Source: Spirochaetia bacterium
GTDB lineage: Bacteria; Spirochaetota; UBA4802; UBA5550
Assembly (NCBI GenBank): GCA_009885955.1
Contig: VFJS01000003.1
Location: forward strand, 147,086-211,085
Direction: 5' to 3'
Length of the DNA stretch: 64,000 nucleotides
Of this stretch, positions 28,620-38,624 are shown piece after piece. The position numbers were made by a program, and so were the translations under genes. Numbering within the stretch: position 1 is the first letter of the stretch; each line of letters opens with the position of its first letter. Under the pieces are notes generated by a model. It saw only the letters and a list, made by a program, of their open reading frames with translations, had not been told where the DNA came from and ran no database searches.

Positions 28620-29852
28620 ATGAAAAACTGGTCGATTTCAGGCGCTTCCATTTTAACGGCTGATTCAAAAATTGATGAAGGGAGTATCCTCATCAATAAG
28701 GATAAAATTGAGAAAGTATCACCCGGGAAGAAGCTGGAAGGGGAAATTTCTATAAATATGGATAATTCCATCATAGTGCCGGGTCTCATCAACAGCCATG
28801 ACCACCTCCTCGGGACCTACTATCCAAAGGTGGGGAACGGCCCTTATGAAAACTGGCTCCCCTGGGACAATGATCTGAAAAGCTCCCCTGTTTACAGGGA
28901 GAGGCAGCAGATTGAGAGCCGCGATCTCTACCTCCTTGGCGGTTACCGGAACCTTATCTCCGGTGTAACCACGGTCTCCGACCATATTCCGCATTTTGTG
29001 GGACAGCCGTTTTACAGCATGCTTCCCATGAAGGCCATATCGAAATATGCGCTTGCCCATTCCATCGGCTCTTTTGCCCTTGCCTGGGGCGATGGCGTTG
29101 AAGCAGAATATAAAAAGGCCCTGAAAGAGGATATTCCTTTTATCACACATATTTCAGAGGGATTTGACGAGGAAACGATAAACGCAATCAGGACAATAGA
29201 TAAATCGGGCGGCCTGGGAGATCATTCTGTTTTAGTCCATGGTATTGCCTTTTCAGAGTCCGACATGAATCTGATAAAGGTGAGAAAGGCCTCTGTTGTC
29301 TGGTGCGCCGATTCAAACTGGTTCATGTTCAATGAGACAACGAATATTAAGATGCTCCTGGACAAGGGAATAAATGTCTGCATCGGAACCGACTCCCCCA
29401 TGTCCGGCGGGCTCAACATTTTAAGTGAGATAAAATTTGACAAGTCCCTCTATGAAGAGATATACGGTGAGGAGCTTTCCGATAAGACAATTTTCAGGAT
29501 GATAACCGATAATCCCGCCAGGGCATTCAGGTTCAAAAACCTCGGGCAGATTAAAGAAAATTTTCAGGCTGATTTTGTGATTTTCAGATACCGGGAGAGT
29601 ACTGCCTACCGCTCAGTGATAAATGCTGAGATGGAGGACATCCTCCTTGTTGTCATAGACGGCAAACCTGTCTACGGGGCCTCGGATTTCTCTGAATTAT
29701 TTGATTATTTTAAAATAGAATACCAGGAGATTACATTAAAAGGCTCGAAAAAAATAATTATAGGCGACCTGATTGGCCTTTTACGCAGAATTAGCAGGGC
29801 GGTTGGTTTTAAGAAAGAATTTCCATTTATTCCAGTTGATTTTGATTTTTAA
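28620..29852 (+). CDS. Amidohydrolase-superfamily metal-dependent hydrolase (deaminase/chlorohydrolase-like)
   Basis: N-terminal metal-binding 'VPGLINSHDHL' (HxH). Also 'CIGTDSP' and 'HGIAFSE' conserved residues of the TIM-barrel amidohydrolases. Confidence 0.7.
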   Translation: MKNWSISGASILTADSKIDEGSILINKDKIEKVSPGKKLEGEISINMDNSIIVPGLINSHDHLLGTYYPKVGNGPYENWLPWDNDLKSSPVYRERQQIESRDLYLLGGYRNLISGVTTVSDHIPHFVGQPFYSMLPMKAISKYALAHSIGSFALAWGDGVEAEYKKALKEDIPFITHISEGFDEETINAIRTIDKSGGLGDHSVLVHGIAFSESDMNLIKVRKASVVWCADSNWFMFNETTNIKMLLDKGINVCIGTDSPMSGGLNILSEIKFDKSLYEEIYGEELSDKTIFRMITDNPARAFRFKNLGQIKENFQADFVIFRYRESTAYRSVINAEMEDILLVVIDGKPVYGASDFSELFDYFKIEYQEITLKGSKKIIIGDLIGLLRRISRAVGFKKEFPFIPVDFDF

Positions 29853-29869
29853 GCTCCGGGGGAAAGAGA

Positions 29870-31114
29870 ATGTCTAATGGGGTTCCAAAAGCGAGCGGCA
29901 TAATTACACGGGTCTATAAATCCGGATCAATAATATATTTTGCCGGCGACAAGAGTGAAAAGATCTATATACTAAAGTCCGGAAGGGTCATCCTTACTTC
30001 AATCAAACCCGATACCGGCGCAGAGATCAAGGAGGATGTGCGCAGAGGTGAATTTTTCGGAGTAAAGTCATCACTGGGCAAATATCCCAGGGAAGAGACC
30101 GCCCAGACCGTAGGCGAAACCATAGTCCTCGTCCTCGGGCTTGTTGATTTCGAAAAGCTTATTTCCAAGAATGTCGAAGTTGTACGGAAAATGCTGAGCG
30201 TATTCAGCAACCAGCTGAGGAGAATCGGGAAAATGGTAAGGTCTGTCCTGGGCGACAGCGACAACCTTAACCCCGATGCTGAGCTTTTCAGGATAGGTGA
30301 ATACTATTACAAGACCGGTGTTTTCCGCCAGGCGCAGTACGCATTCAAGAGGTACATGGAATATTATCCCGACGGAAATTATGCGAAGACAGCCATGCAG
30401 AGGATTAAGGCTATAGATTCAGGTGAAGCCGTCGCCGGGGATACGGGGTTCAACATGAATACCGTATCAAAAAAAGAGGCTCCCAAAGATATTCAAATGG
30501 ACAATGCGCCGATTGATGAGGGCCCGGCTGACCTGGATGATTTCAGCTTTGATGATAAAGAGAGCAAAGACGACAGCCCGGATTTAGCCGGAGGTTCGGG
30601 TCCTGATGATTTTTTCAGTAATGAAAGTTCCGGGTCAAAGTCATCGCTGACGAACGAAATGGATGACTTTCTTTCCGGCGATTCTTCCAGCGCCATGGAT
30701 GATTTTCTTACGGAAGATCCCAAATCGGGAGGAAATAAATTTGAAAAGCTCTATAAACAGGGCGTGAAGAATTTTTCAGATGAAAATTTTGATGATGCAG
30801 TTGAAATGTTCAGCAAAGTGATTGACGGTGCGGACCAGGGAGACAGTCTGGAGGGAAAATTACTGGAGGACTCATATATTGAAAAGGGAAGGTCCTACAT
30901 TAACCTTGGCAAAAACAGGGAGGCCCTGGAGACCCTTTCGTTTTTTATTAAAAATTATCCCAAATCAGCCAATCTGAAAAAGGCGCTGTTTTACATGGGA
31001 ACCGTATTTGAGGCAAGCAGCCAGGATGACAAGGCGCAGACCTATTTTAAAAAGGTTGCCTCAATGCCGCCGAAAGATGCGATAAGCAAAGAGGCTGAAA
31101 ATAAATTAAGCTAA
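29870..31114 (+). CDS. Cyclic-nucleotide-binding domain protein with acidic linker and C-terminal TPR repeats
   Basis: cNMP-binding block 'IYFAGDKSEKIYILKSGRV...GEFFG'. D/E/S-rich low-complexity middle. TPR-like C-terminus (YYKTGVF..AQYAFKRY...). Confidence 0.6.
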   Translation: MSNGVPKASGIITRVYKSGSIIYFAGDKSEKIYILKSGRVILTSIKPDTGAEIKEDVRRGEFFGVKSSLGKYPREETAQTVGETIVLVLGLVDFEKLISKNVEVVRKMLSVFSNQLRRIGKMVRSVLGDSDNLNPDAELFRIGEYYYKTGVFRQAQYAFKRYMEYYPDGNYAKTAMQRIKAIDSGEAVAGDTGFNMNTVSKKEAPKDIQMDNAPIDEGPADLDDFSFDDKESKDDSPDLAGGSGPDDFFSNESSGSKSSLTNEMDDFLSGDSSSAMDDFLTEDPKSGGNKFEKLYKQGVKNFSDENFDDAVEMFSKVIDGADQGDSLEGKLLEDSYIEKGRSYINLGKNREALETLSFFIKNYPKSANLKKALFYMGTVFEASSQDDKAQTYFKKVASMPPKDAISKEAENKLS

Positions 31115-31145
31115 ACAATACAATACAGGTTCAGGAAAACAAAAA

Positions 31146-31790
31146 ATGTTGTTAGATAACAGTTTTTTCGGGAAATTCGGTGTTGAATATTCCCCCAGTG
31201 ATATAATATTCTGTGAATTTGAGCCGGGATATGAATTCTACTTTGTGCAGTCAGGCAAGGTAAAAATTACAAAACTCATTAAGGACAGGGAAAAGACAAT
31301 TGACGTGCTCAGCGACGGAGATGTTTTCGGTGAGATGGCTATTCTTGAGTCCGAGCCCAGGTCCGCCACAGCAATTGCAATGACCCACGTGAAACTTCTG
31401 AAATTTCACAGGGATAATTTCGATACCCTCCTCCTTGGAAACCCCCAGCTTGCATATAAACTCCTCCTCATTTTTTCCAAAAGGATCTATGATGCCAAGA
31501 GGAGGCTCATGATTCTCCTTCTTGACGAGCCTCAGCTCAAGGTTATGGATGTTCTCAACATGCTTGCAGAGCAGGACCCTCACCTCGATTTTCAGGATGA
31601 AATATCACTTTCCATCACCTCGGAGCAGGTGGCCAGCTGGGCCGGTATGGCTGAGCCGGAGGTTCAAAAAGTATTGACACATTTAAACAAGATGAACAAA
31701 ATTGAACTTTATGTTGACAGAATTGTTGTCAGAAATATAAGAGACTTTCAGCGCGTAGTTGCTTCCAAACGCAAAAACATGAGCGCTTAG
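31146..31790 (+). CDS. Crp/Fnr-family transcriptional regulator
   Basis: cNMP-binding 'GDVFGEMAIL...SATAIA' plus C-terminal HTH 'SEQVASWAGMAEPEVQKVLTHL'. Confidence 0.75.
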   Translation: MLLDNSFFGKFGVEYSPSDIIFCEFEPGYEFYFVQSGKVKITKLIKDREKTIDVLSDGDVFGEMAILESEPRSATAIAMTHVKLLKFHRDNFDTLLLGNPQLAYKLLLIFSKRIYDAKRRLMILLLDEPQLKVMDVLNMLAEQDPHLDFQDEISLSITSEQVASWAGMAEPEVQKVLTHLNKMNKIELYVDRIVVRNIRDFQRVVASKRKNMSA

Positions 31791-31800
31791 CCGCAATATT

Positions 31801-31874
31801 GCTCCCGTAGCTCAGGTGGATAGAGCAGTAGTTTCCTAAACTATGTGCCAGAGGTTCGAGTCCTCTCGGGAGCG
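31801..31874 (+). tRNA. tRNA-Arg (anticodon CCT)
   Basis: Cloverleaf folded by hand. Acceptor GCTCCCG/CGGGAGC, D-arm GCTC-AGGTGGATA-GAGC, anticodon stem GTAGT/ACTAT with loop TTCCTAA, T-arm AGAGG-TTCGAGT-CCTCT. Confidence 0.85.
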
Positions 31875-32131
31875 AAGATACAAATAGTATATAATTTGTA
31901 GGCATAAATTGTTAAATGTCGGAATTATGCTTTCTGCCAGCAATTTAATCATTCCAAGCTGAACCAATTTCCTGATATTTTACCCGGCCGGAAAGTTTAC
32001 AAAAGGAATCCGATAAACTGTTACATTAAATTTATTGACTCAAAACCGGTAATGTGCCTCATTGAGTGAAATGGTTGAGTACCGTTTCTTTATATCATAC
32101 CCGATCATTATAGAAAAAAGACCGGAGACAT

Positions 32132-33202
32132 ATGGAAAACAAACTTAATGAAATTTCCGCGAAATTTCATGACATTGAAGAGAGGATGAGCAGGCCCGAG
32201 ATAATTTCGGACGTGAACCAATTCAGAAACCTCACAAAGGAGAGGTCGCTGCTTGCGCCGATCATACACAGCTTTGTCGAATATAAACGCCTGAAAGGGG
32301 AATATAAAAATTCGTCCGGGCTTCTGGAGACCGAGAAGGATGAAGAGATGAAGGAGATGCTCAAGGCCGATGTTGCCGAGCTCCAGAAGAAGATATCCGA
32401 TCTGGAAGAAAAACTTCTTTTCATGCTCCTTCCCAAAGACCCGAATTCAGGGAAGGACCTGCTGATAGAGATACGGGCCGGCACCGGAGGCGAGGAGGCT
32501 GCCCTGTTTGCCGCTGTCCTTTTTAGAATGTACTCCAGGTATGTGGATATCAAGGGGTGGAAGTTTGAATTTATCGATGCCAATTATACCGGCATCGGCG
32601 GGTATAAGGAGGTGGTTTTCTCCATTAAGAACGCCGAAGCCTATGATATGATGAAATATGAATCAGGGGTGCACAGGGTGCAGAGGATCCCCACGACAGA
32701 ATCGGGCGGGAGGATACACACATCGGCCGTTACCGTTGTTGTCCTTGCCGAGGCAGAGGACAACGACGTTGTGATAGATCCCAACGATATCAGGATAGAT
32801 GTCTACAGGTCGTCGGGTCACGGAGGCCAGTCTGTGAATACCACCGATTCTGCGGTGCGGCTTACTCATATTCCATCGGGAATGGTGGTGACATGCCAGG
32901 ACGAAAAGTCGCAGCTGAAGAACAAGGCCAAGGCGCTCCGCGTTCTCAGGGCCCGCCTGTATGAAAAGGAGTTGAAGGAAAAAATGGCCAGGGAATCGGA
33001 ACTCAGAAAAGCGCAGATCGGTTCCGGAGACAGGAGTGAACGGATACGGACATACAATTTTCCCCAGTCAAGGGTGACGGACCACAGGATTGGCCTCACG
33101 CTTTACTCCCTGGATTCAATACTGGACGGCAATATAGATGTTCTCATAGAACCGCTGAAGAAGCATGAGATCGAACAGCTCTTGAAGACAACACAGAAAT
33201 GA
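32132..33202 (+). CDS. prfA: Peptide chain release factor 1
   Basis: GGQ motif 'SSGHGGQSVNTTDSAVRLTHIP' and the RF1-type tripeptide region 'RVQRIPTTESGGRIHTS'. Confidence 0.9.
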   Translation: MENKLNEISAKFHDIEERMSRPEIISDVNQFRNLTKERSLLAPIIHSFVEYKRLKGEYKNSSGLLETEKDEEMKEMLKADVAELQKKISDLEEKLLFMLLPKDPNSGKDLLIEIRAGTGGEEAALFAAVLFRMYSRYVDIKGWKFEFIDANYTGIGGYKEVVFSIKNAEAYDMMKYESGVHRVQRIPTTESGGRIHTSAVTVVVLAEAEDNDVVIDPNDIRIDVYRSSGHGGQSVNTTDSAVRLTHIPSGMVVTCQDEKSQLKNKAKALRVLRARLYEKELKEKMARESELRKAQIGSGDRSERIRTYNFPQSRVTDHRIGLTLYSLDSILDGNIDVLIEPLKKHEIEQLLKTTQK

Positions 33203-33271
33203 GGAAAAAGAGTATGTTTTTTTTATTTTGTTGATGAGACAGTATATTTTATAAATGATGAAGGTAAAGTT

Positions 33272-34102
33272 TTGCAGATATCGGAATTATTATTACACAT
33301 CGTGGACAATTTTAATGTGGCCGGCATAGAGAGCCCGCTCCTCGATGCCAGGATTTTGATTTCCCATGTCCTGGATATGGAGCCCTACCTGGTGGCGGTT
33401 GAAAGGGACCTCAACGTCACACCGCAACAGCTCCGGAAGATTAAAAAGCTCGTCAGCAGGAGGCTGACCCATGAGCCCGTGGCATATATCACCGGCTTCA
33501 AGGAATTTTATTCGCTCCCATTTGCCGTAACCAGGGACGTGCTCATTCCCAGGCCCGAAACCGAACTTGCCGTTGACCTGGCCATTTATTATGCCGACAG
33601 GAACAGCAGGGTCCTGGACCTGGGGACCGGCTCCGGCGCCATCGCTGTGTCAATCAAGCATTGCCGCCCGGATATTGAGATCTTTGCCTCGGACATATCA
33701 CAGGAGGCGCTGAAAGTCGCGAAAAAAAATGCAAAGGCAATCCTGGGCCCCGGGGCAGTCAGATTTTTTCATGGCCCCGGGTTCGAGCCGTTTGATTCAA
33801 ATCATTTTGACGTTATTGTATCCAATCCTCCCTATATTAATCCTGAAATAGCCGGCACGTTACAGAAGGAGCTTGCTTTTGAGCCCCCCATCGCCCTTTT
33901 CTCAATGGACAGGGGGAGGGAGATGATGCGCGGTATAATCGGCGAGGGGAGGAAATACCTGTCGCCCCGGGGTATGATGATAATTGAAATAGGCTATGAC
34001 ATGAAGGATTTTCTGACTGTCACGGCAGGTAAGGCAGGATTCGACATTTCTGTTATGAACGACCATGCCGGACTGCCGAGAATGGCGGTTCTGAAACAAT
34101 AA
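33272..34102 (+). CDS. prmC: Release-factor glutamine N5-methyltransferase (HemK/PrmC)
   Basis: 'VLDLGTGSGAIAV' SAM motif and 'VIVSNPPYI' NPPY motif. Directly downstream of prfA. TTG start. Confidence 0.85.
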   Translation: MQISELLLHIVDNFNVAGIESPLLDARILISHVLDMEPYLVAVERDLNVTPQQLRKIKKLVSRRLTHEPVAYITGFKEFYSLPFAVTRDVLIPRPETELAVDLAIYYADRNSRVLDLGTGSGAIAVSIKHCRPDIEIFASDISQEALKVAKKNAKAILGPGAVRFFHGPGFEPFDSNHFDVIVSNPPYINPEIAGTLQKELAFEPPIALFSMDRGREMMRGIIGEGRKYLSPRGMMIIEIGYDMKDFLTVTAGKAGFDISVMNDHAGLPRMAVLKQ

Positions 34103-34125
34103 AAAAAGAGTACAGGCCGGTCCCC

Positions 34126-35454
34126 ATGAATATTTTTTTTCAACAGCTCAGAAAATTTTCCACGTTTATATATATCCTTATTGCCCTTTTCATCGGCGCA
34201 GTCATTTTTAATTTTAATTTCAGATGGGAGGGAGTATCAATAATCCTCAGGATTTATCTTTTCATTTTTGCTTTCTATATAATTTATACCTTTTCAATGA
34301 TGGACATTGACGGGCTTAAGGCAAAGTACCATGACATGTACGGCCGGAAGGGGATTTTTATACTGTTTTCCCAGGCCAGGGTCTTTCCGTTTCTTTTTAT
34401 TTATTTCACCATAATAATCCTTACATTTATCAATTATATCGGATCCCCTGACTGGCCTGCGGAGCCGATCTTAAATATTCTTAACGGGAGATATTCCAAT
34501 ACGCTTATCTATTCGCTGATCCTGCTTCTGATCCTCAATATGAAGAAGAGCCCCAGGGTAACGGTACCCATGTTTTTGATATTCGCTGTTTTATATTTCA
34601 TTCTTTATAAGGTGGTCTATTTCTATTCCCCGGCCGGAATTCTGACGACGTTGCTTAAAATTCTTAATTTCATCATAGTCATTTTTATTCTCCTGTTCGA
34701 ATTTTTTTATGACAGGAGCAATCTCCTGAAGATTTCAATTCATACGGTCAGTATTGCCCTGGCGCTGCATTTTATTGTCGTGGGCTGTTTATACTCCATA
34801 AACAGGTATTCTAAACCGGCTTCCTATGGAGAGGTCAGGTCCTCAACTTTTCTGCTGAAAATGGGCTTTTCCTTTCCACTGGTGAAGCTCAGGAATGCGA
34901 TTATCAAACATTCGAAATTCCAGCTGATACATCACCTCATATACTATTCCAGGAAATACAACAGAGAGATTGATTTCAGCATAGAGGAGTGGGAGGATCT
35001 TATGTTTTCCGGAACGGTTCAGAGGACAGACCTGATATCCATGTACCTCCTGGACAAGATAAAGAGCGTTTCATATAAAAGCCTCATTGCTTTCGCGGAG
35101 ATGAATTCCAGGACCTCTGGAGAGGAGCTCATAAACGCCGGGCGTTTCATCAAATATTCCTCGAAGTATTTTGAGGAATTCATGGATGATTTTTTTGCAA
35201 GGTATAAAAGGCATAATTTCCATTTCAAGATCTGGGTGCTCAAAGTAATTGGAGATGCCGAGGTGGTAAAGTCAATACCATTCCTCATTGACAAACTTAC
35301 CGATCTTAACCTGAGCATCTCAGAGGAGGCTTTCAGGTCCATTGCAAAGATTACAAAGATGGATGCTGCAAAGAAGTACGGCATTAAGATAAATTCTCCT
35401 GCAGTGGTCAGGGCATATAAGGAGTATTACCAAATGCTTCGCAAAGATGACTGA
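34126..35454 (+). CDS. Polytopic membrane protein with C-terminal HEAT-like repeat region
   Basis: At least 7 hydrophobic helices in the first 220 aa. The C-terminal soluble domain has HEAT/PBS-lyase-like repeats (VIGDAEVVKSIPFLIDKLTDLN...). Confidence 0.5.
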   Translation: MNIFFQQLRKFSTFIYILIALFIGAVIFNFNFRWEGVSIILRIYLFIFAFYIIYTFSMMDIDGLKAKYHDMYGRKGIFILFSQARVFPFLFIYFTIIILTFINYIGSPDWPAEPILNILNGRYSNTLIYSLILLLILNMKKSPRVTVPMFLIFAVLYFILYKVVYFYSPAGILTTLLKILNFIIVIFILLFEFFYDRSNLLKISIHTVSIALALHFIVVGCLYSINRYSKPASYGEVRSSTFLLKMGFSFPLVKLRNAIIKHSKFQLIHHLIYYSRKYNREIDFSIEEWEDLMFSGTVQRTDLISMYLLDKIKSVSYKSLIAFAEMNSRTSGEELINAGRFIKYSSKYFEEFMDDFFARYKRHNFHFKIWVLKVIGDAEVVKSIPFLIDKLTDLNLSISEEAFRSIAKITKMDAAKKYGIKINSPAVVRAYKEYYQMLRKDD

Positions 35455-36049
35455 CCGGGCATTGGCCGCACAGCGGGTTCCTTGCCCTGCAAAGGGTTCT
35501 GCCATGCTTAATGAGGAGGAGGTGGGCCAGGATCCAGTTTTTTGCGGGGATGGCGGACTGGAGCGCCTTCTCTGCTTCAAGGGGGCTGGATGTCCCGGCA
35601 TAACCGAGCCTGTTCGATAACCTGAGAACATGGGTGTCCACTGCCATCGCAGGCCGGTGAAAGCCCATGGAAATAATTACGTTTGCCGATTTTCTGCCCA
35701 CTCCCGGGATGGACATGAGCTCATCAATATTTTCCGGCAGCCTGCCGCCGTGCTTATCCATGATATGTCTGGAGCCGTAAACAATATTCTTCGACTTATT
35801 TCTGAAAAAGCCGGTGCTCCGTATTATTTTTTCAACATCACTGATCCTCGCCTTTGAGAGTTCATGGAAGCCGGGATATTTTTTAAACAGGACCGGAGTA
35901 ACGGTATTGACCTGCCTGTCAGTGGTCTGGGCCGACAGGATAACGGAAATCGTGAGCTGGTAGAGGTCCACGTAGTCCAGTCCCGGCTTGACATCGCCGT
36001 AATAAGACGAGAGGATAGAGATTATTTTTTTTGATCTGGTTTTATCCAT
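35408..36049 (-). CDS. nth: Endonuclease III
   Basis: HhH-GPD 'LMSIPGVGRKSANVI', catalytic 'VDTHVLR', FeS cluster 'CRARNPLCGQCPVSHLC'. Confidence 0.9.
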   Translation of the reverse strand: MDKTRSKKIISILSSYYGDVKPGLDYVDLYQLTISVILSAQTTDRQVNTVTPVLFKKYPGFHELSKARISDVEKIIRSTGFFRNKSKNIVYGSRHIMDKHGGRLPENIDELMSIPGVGRKSANVIISMGFHRPAMAVDTHVLRLSNRLGYAGTSSPLEAEKALQSAIPAKNWILAHLLLIKHGRTLCRARNPLCGQCPVSHLCEAFGNTPYMP

Positions 36050-36101
36050 AATACAATAAGAATATATTTCATTATAATTACAAGTTTTTTTGGTAACTAC
36101 T

Positions 36102-36297
36102 CAGCCAGAAAATAGGAAAAAAATTTTGCTCAGGTCTTAGCACGGATAAACACTGATAAAAATGAGATAATAATGAAAATGTATTATCTCATTAAAAAAA
36201 TAAACCTAAAATGAGAATAAGTTTCTAATAATGATATTAAAAAAATCCGTGAATATCCGCGTGAAGACCTGAGCTATTATTTATAGCTGAGTAGTAA
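36102..36297. repeat. Nested inverted-repeat element with AT-rich core (MITE-like or looped operator region)
   Basis: Outer arms GGTAACTACTCAGC / GCTGAGTAGTAAC (perfect). Middle arms GCTCAGGTCTT / AAGACCTGAGC. Inner CACGGAT / ATCCGTGA + ATCCGCGTGA. ~130 bp AT-rich centre. Lies in the nth / methyltransferase divergent intergenic region. Confidence 0.7.
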
Positions 36298-36428
36298 CTT
36301 TTTTTGTATGGCATTTCTTACTTTTTTCAATGGAAAAATTTTTTAAAATTTGACAGGATGCAGGGGATTATGGAATTACCTATAAGGTGAATAGAGGTAT
36401 CATGCGGTTGATGATAGGGAATTGATAT

Positions 36429-37277
36429 ATGGAAACAGTAGATTGCATAATCTGCGGCAGCGAGGATGCCGGGGCCCTGTTCGCCAAGGCATCGGAAAGG
36501 GGGGAACTGTTTACCCTCATGAAGTGCAGCGGGTGCGGCCTGGAGTATATATCTCCGAGGCCCTCGCTCGAGGAGATGAAGGAGTATTACGGTACGGGCT
36601 ACTTCTGCAAGAGGACCGAACGGGGCTACGACAATTATTTTTCAGGGAAGGTGAGGGGGGAGATTGAACGGGTCTTCCGCATGAACCTTGCCGACCTGGG
36701 ATTTTTTCCCTTTGAGCATGGGCTTCAGCCTGATAAGAGGTGCCTCGACATAGGCTGCGCAGCAGGATACTTTGTCGGCTACATGAAAGACCGGGGCTGG
36801 GATTCCATGGGGATCGATGTGTCAGGGGAATGTGTCGACTTTGCGGTTTCCAACGGGCTTCATGTGATAAACGGGAACTACCTGGATGTGAAATTTGAAA
36901 AAAAGTTCAGCCTCATCACCCTCTGGGCGTCCCTGGAACACCTCCACAGGCCCGATATGTTTCTTGAAAAGATACGTGATGACCTGGATGACGGCGGCAG
37001 GCTATACCTGTCAACATGCAGGACCGGGGGTATGAACTTCAAGTCGCTTTTCGGAAAGGGGTGGAGGTTCTACAATTTTCCCGAGCATCTCTATTTTTTT
37101 TCGATGAAGACAATGGGAAGGCTTTTGTCGATGAAGGGTTTCACCATGACAGGGTACAGGACCTACGGGAGCGGTATCGGGAGCGGGAGGTCCCTTTTAA
37201 AAAAGGGCGCCGATTTTATGGCAAAGGAGTTCTACATGGGCGACATGATGATCATAGGCGCCTGCAAAGCAGGGTAA
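36429..37277 (+). CDS. Class I SAM-dependent methyltransferase with N-terminal zinc-ribbon
   Basis: 'CIICGS...CSGCG' zinc ribbon, then 'CLDIGCAAGYFV' motif I (Methyltransf_11/23-like). Confidence 0.7.
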   Translation: METVDCIICGSEDAGALFAKASERGELFTLMKCSGCGLEYISPRPSLEEMKEYYGTGYFCKRTERGYDNYFSGKVRGEIERVFRMNLADLGFFPFEHGLQPDKRCLDIGCAAGYFVGYMKDRGWDSMGIDVSGECVDFAVSNGLHVINGNYLDVKFEKKFSLITLWASLEHLHRPDMFLEKIRDDLDDGGRLYLSTCRTGGMNFKSLFGKGWRFYNFPEHLYFFSMKTMGRLLSMKGFTMTGYRTYGSGIGSGRSLLKKGADFMAKEFYMGDMMIIGACKAG

Positions 37278-37295
37278 CGTTCGCGGAGGGGGCTG

Positions 37296-38165
37296 ATGAA
37301 AGTAACGGGCAGCATACAAGAGGCAAGGGAATGGATAGGCCTGGCCAGGAGGGAGAACAGGACCGTGGGTTTTGTCCCCACAATGGGGTACCTCCACAGG
37401 GGGCATATCAGCCTTGTAAAGGAGTCGGCACTGCATTCCGATTTCCAGGTAATGAGCATATTCGTCAACAGGAAACAGTTTAACAATATACATGATTTCG
37501 ACACATACCCGAAGGACACCTCAAGGGATCTTGAATTGGCAGAGGCGGGCGGGGTCGATATGGTCTATATGCCCGATGACAGGGAAATGTACCATGAAAG
37601 CCTGACATCAGTCCACCTCAATGTGATCACGGAACATCTCTGCGGCGCACACAGGCCCGGCCATTTCGACGGCGTATTCCTTGTCGTCAGCAAGCTTTTT
37701 AATATCATCCAGCCAGATATTGCAGTTTTCGGCCAGAAGGATATTCAGCAGGCCCTGGGAATAAAAAAAATGGTTCTGGATTTGAACTTCCCTGTTGAAA
37801 TAATAATTTCACCTATTGTGAGGGAAGAGGACGGGCTTGCCATGAGTTCCAGGAACAAGCACCTTGATGCCGGAAACAGGGCAGGAGCTGCACTGATCTG
37901 CAAGAGTCTGAAAAGGTGCGAAGAGCTTATCATGTCCGGGGAGAGGGGCCAGGGAATGATAACTTCAGAGGCCATGGAAATTTTAAGACAGGGATCCCCG
38001 GAAAAGATTGAATATTACACCATGGCCAGGTTCAGCGATCTCTCGCCTGTGGATACGCTCAGGGAAAAATCGGTCCTTGCAGTGGCTGCATATTTCGGGA
38101 CAACGCGGCTTATTGACAATATGATAATTGAGTACATGGACGGTAAGGTAAAATGCATATACTGA
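37296..38165 (+). CDS. panC: Pantoate--beta-alanine ligase
   Basis: 'GFVPTMGYLHRGHISL' (HIGH-like motif of PanC) and 'VFGQKDIQQ'. Confidence 0.9.
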   Translation: MKVTGSIQEAREWIGLARRENRTVGFVPTMGYLHRGHISLVKESALHSDFQVMSIFVNRKQFNNIHDFDTYPKDTSRDLELAEAGGVDMVYMPDDREMYHESLTSVHLNVITEHLCGAHRPGHFDGVFLVVSKLFNIIQPDIAVFGQKDIQQALGIKKMVLDLNFPVEIIISPIVREEDGLAMSSRNKHLDAGNRAGAALICKSLKRCEELIMSGERGQGMITSEAMEILRQGSPEKIEYYTMARFSDLSPVDTLREKSVLAVAAYFGTTRLIDNMIIEYMDGKVKCIY

Positions 38166-38617
38166 GACAATCCCGGTTTTTCTGCGCTGTTTTTGCGGTT
38201 TTTATTTCATGGTCATGCGCGCCAAGGGCTCCCCTTACCCCGGGCGATGCCTTTATGAAAATAAGGGCGGCTTTCGGTTCATCTGATTATGAGGCGGTTT
38301 ACGGTATCCTTTCTTCCGGGAGCAGGGAGAAACTGAAAAAGACTGCTGGTATGGTTTCCGGCATGAATGATGCCCAGCTTTCCTATTCCGCCGGGATTTA
38401 CGGCACAACGCCGGAGAGGTTCAAAAACATCAGCGGCAGGGACTTATTTTTATTATATGCCAGGTCTGATAGGAATGATGTGAGAGCTGCGGTGAAATAT
38501 AATATTTATTCAATTACCGTTTCGGGGAAATTTGCATCAATAGTATCGGAAAACGGTATGAAACTGCTTTTAGTCCAGGAAGGGCCCTACTGGAAACTCG
38601 ATATTTCTGATTTTTAG
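38153..38617 (+). CDS. Hypothetical secreted protein/lipoprotein
   Basis: Signal peptide 'FFCAVFAVFISWSCAP'. No domain recognised. Confidence 0.4.
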   Translation: MHILRQSRFFCAVFAVFISWSCAPRAPLTPGDAFMKIRAAFGSSDYEAVYGILSSGSREKLKKTAGMVSGMNDAQLSYSAGIYGTTPERFKNISGRDLFLLYARSDRNDVRAAVKYNIYSITVSGKFASIVSENGMKLLLVQEGPYWKLDISDF

Positions 38618-38624
38618 AGGCGCT

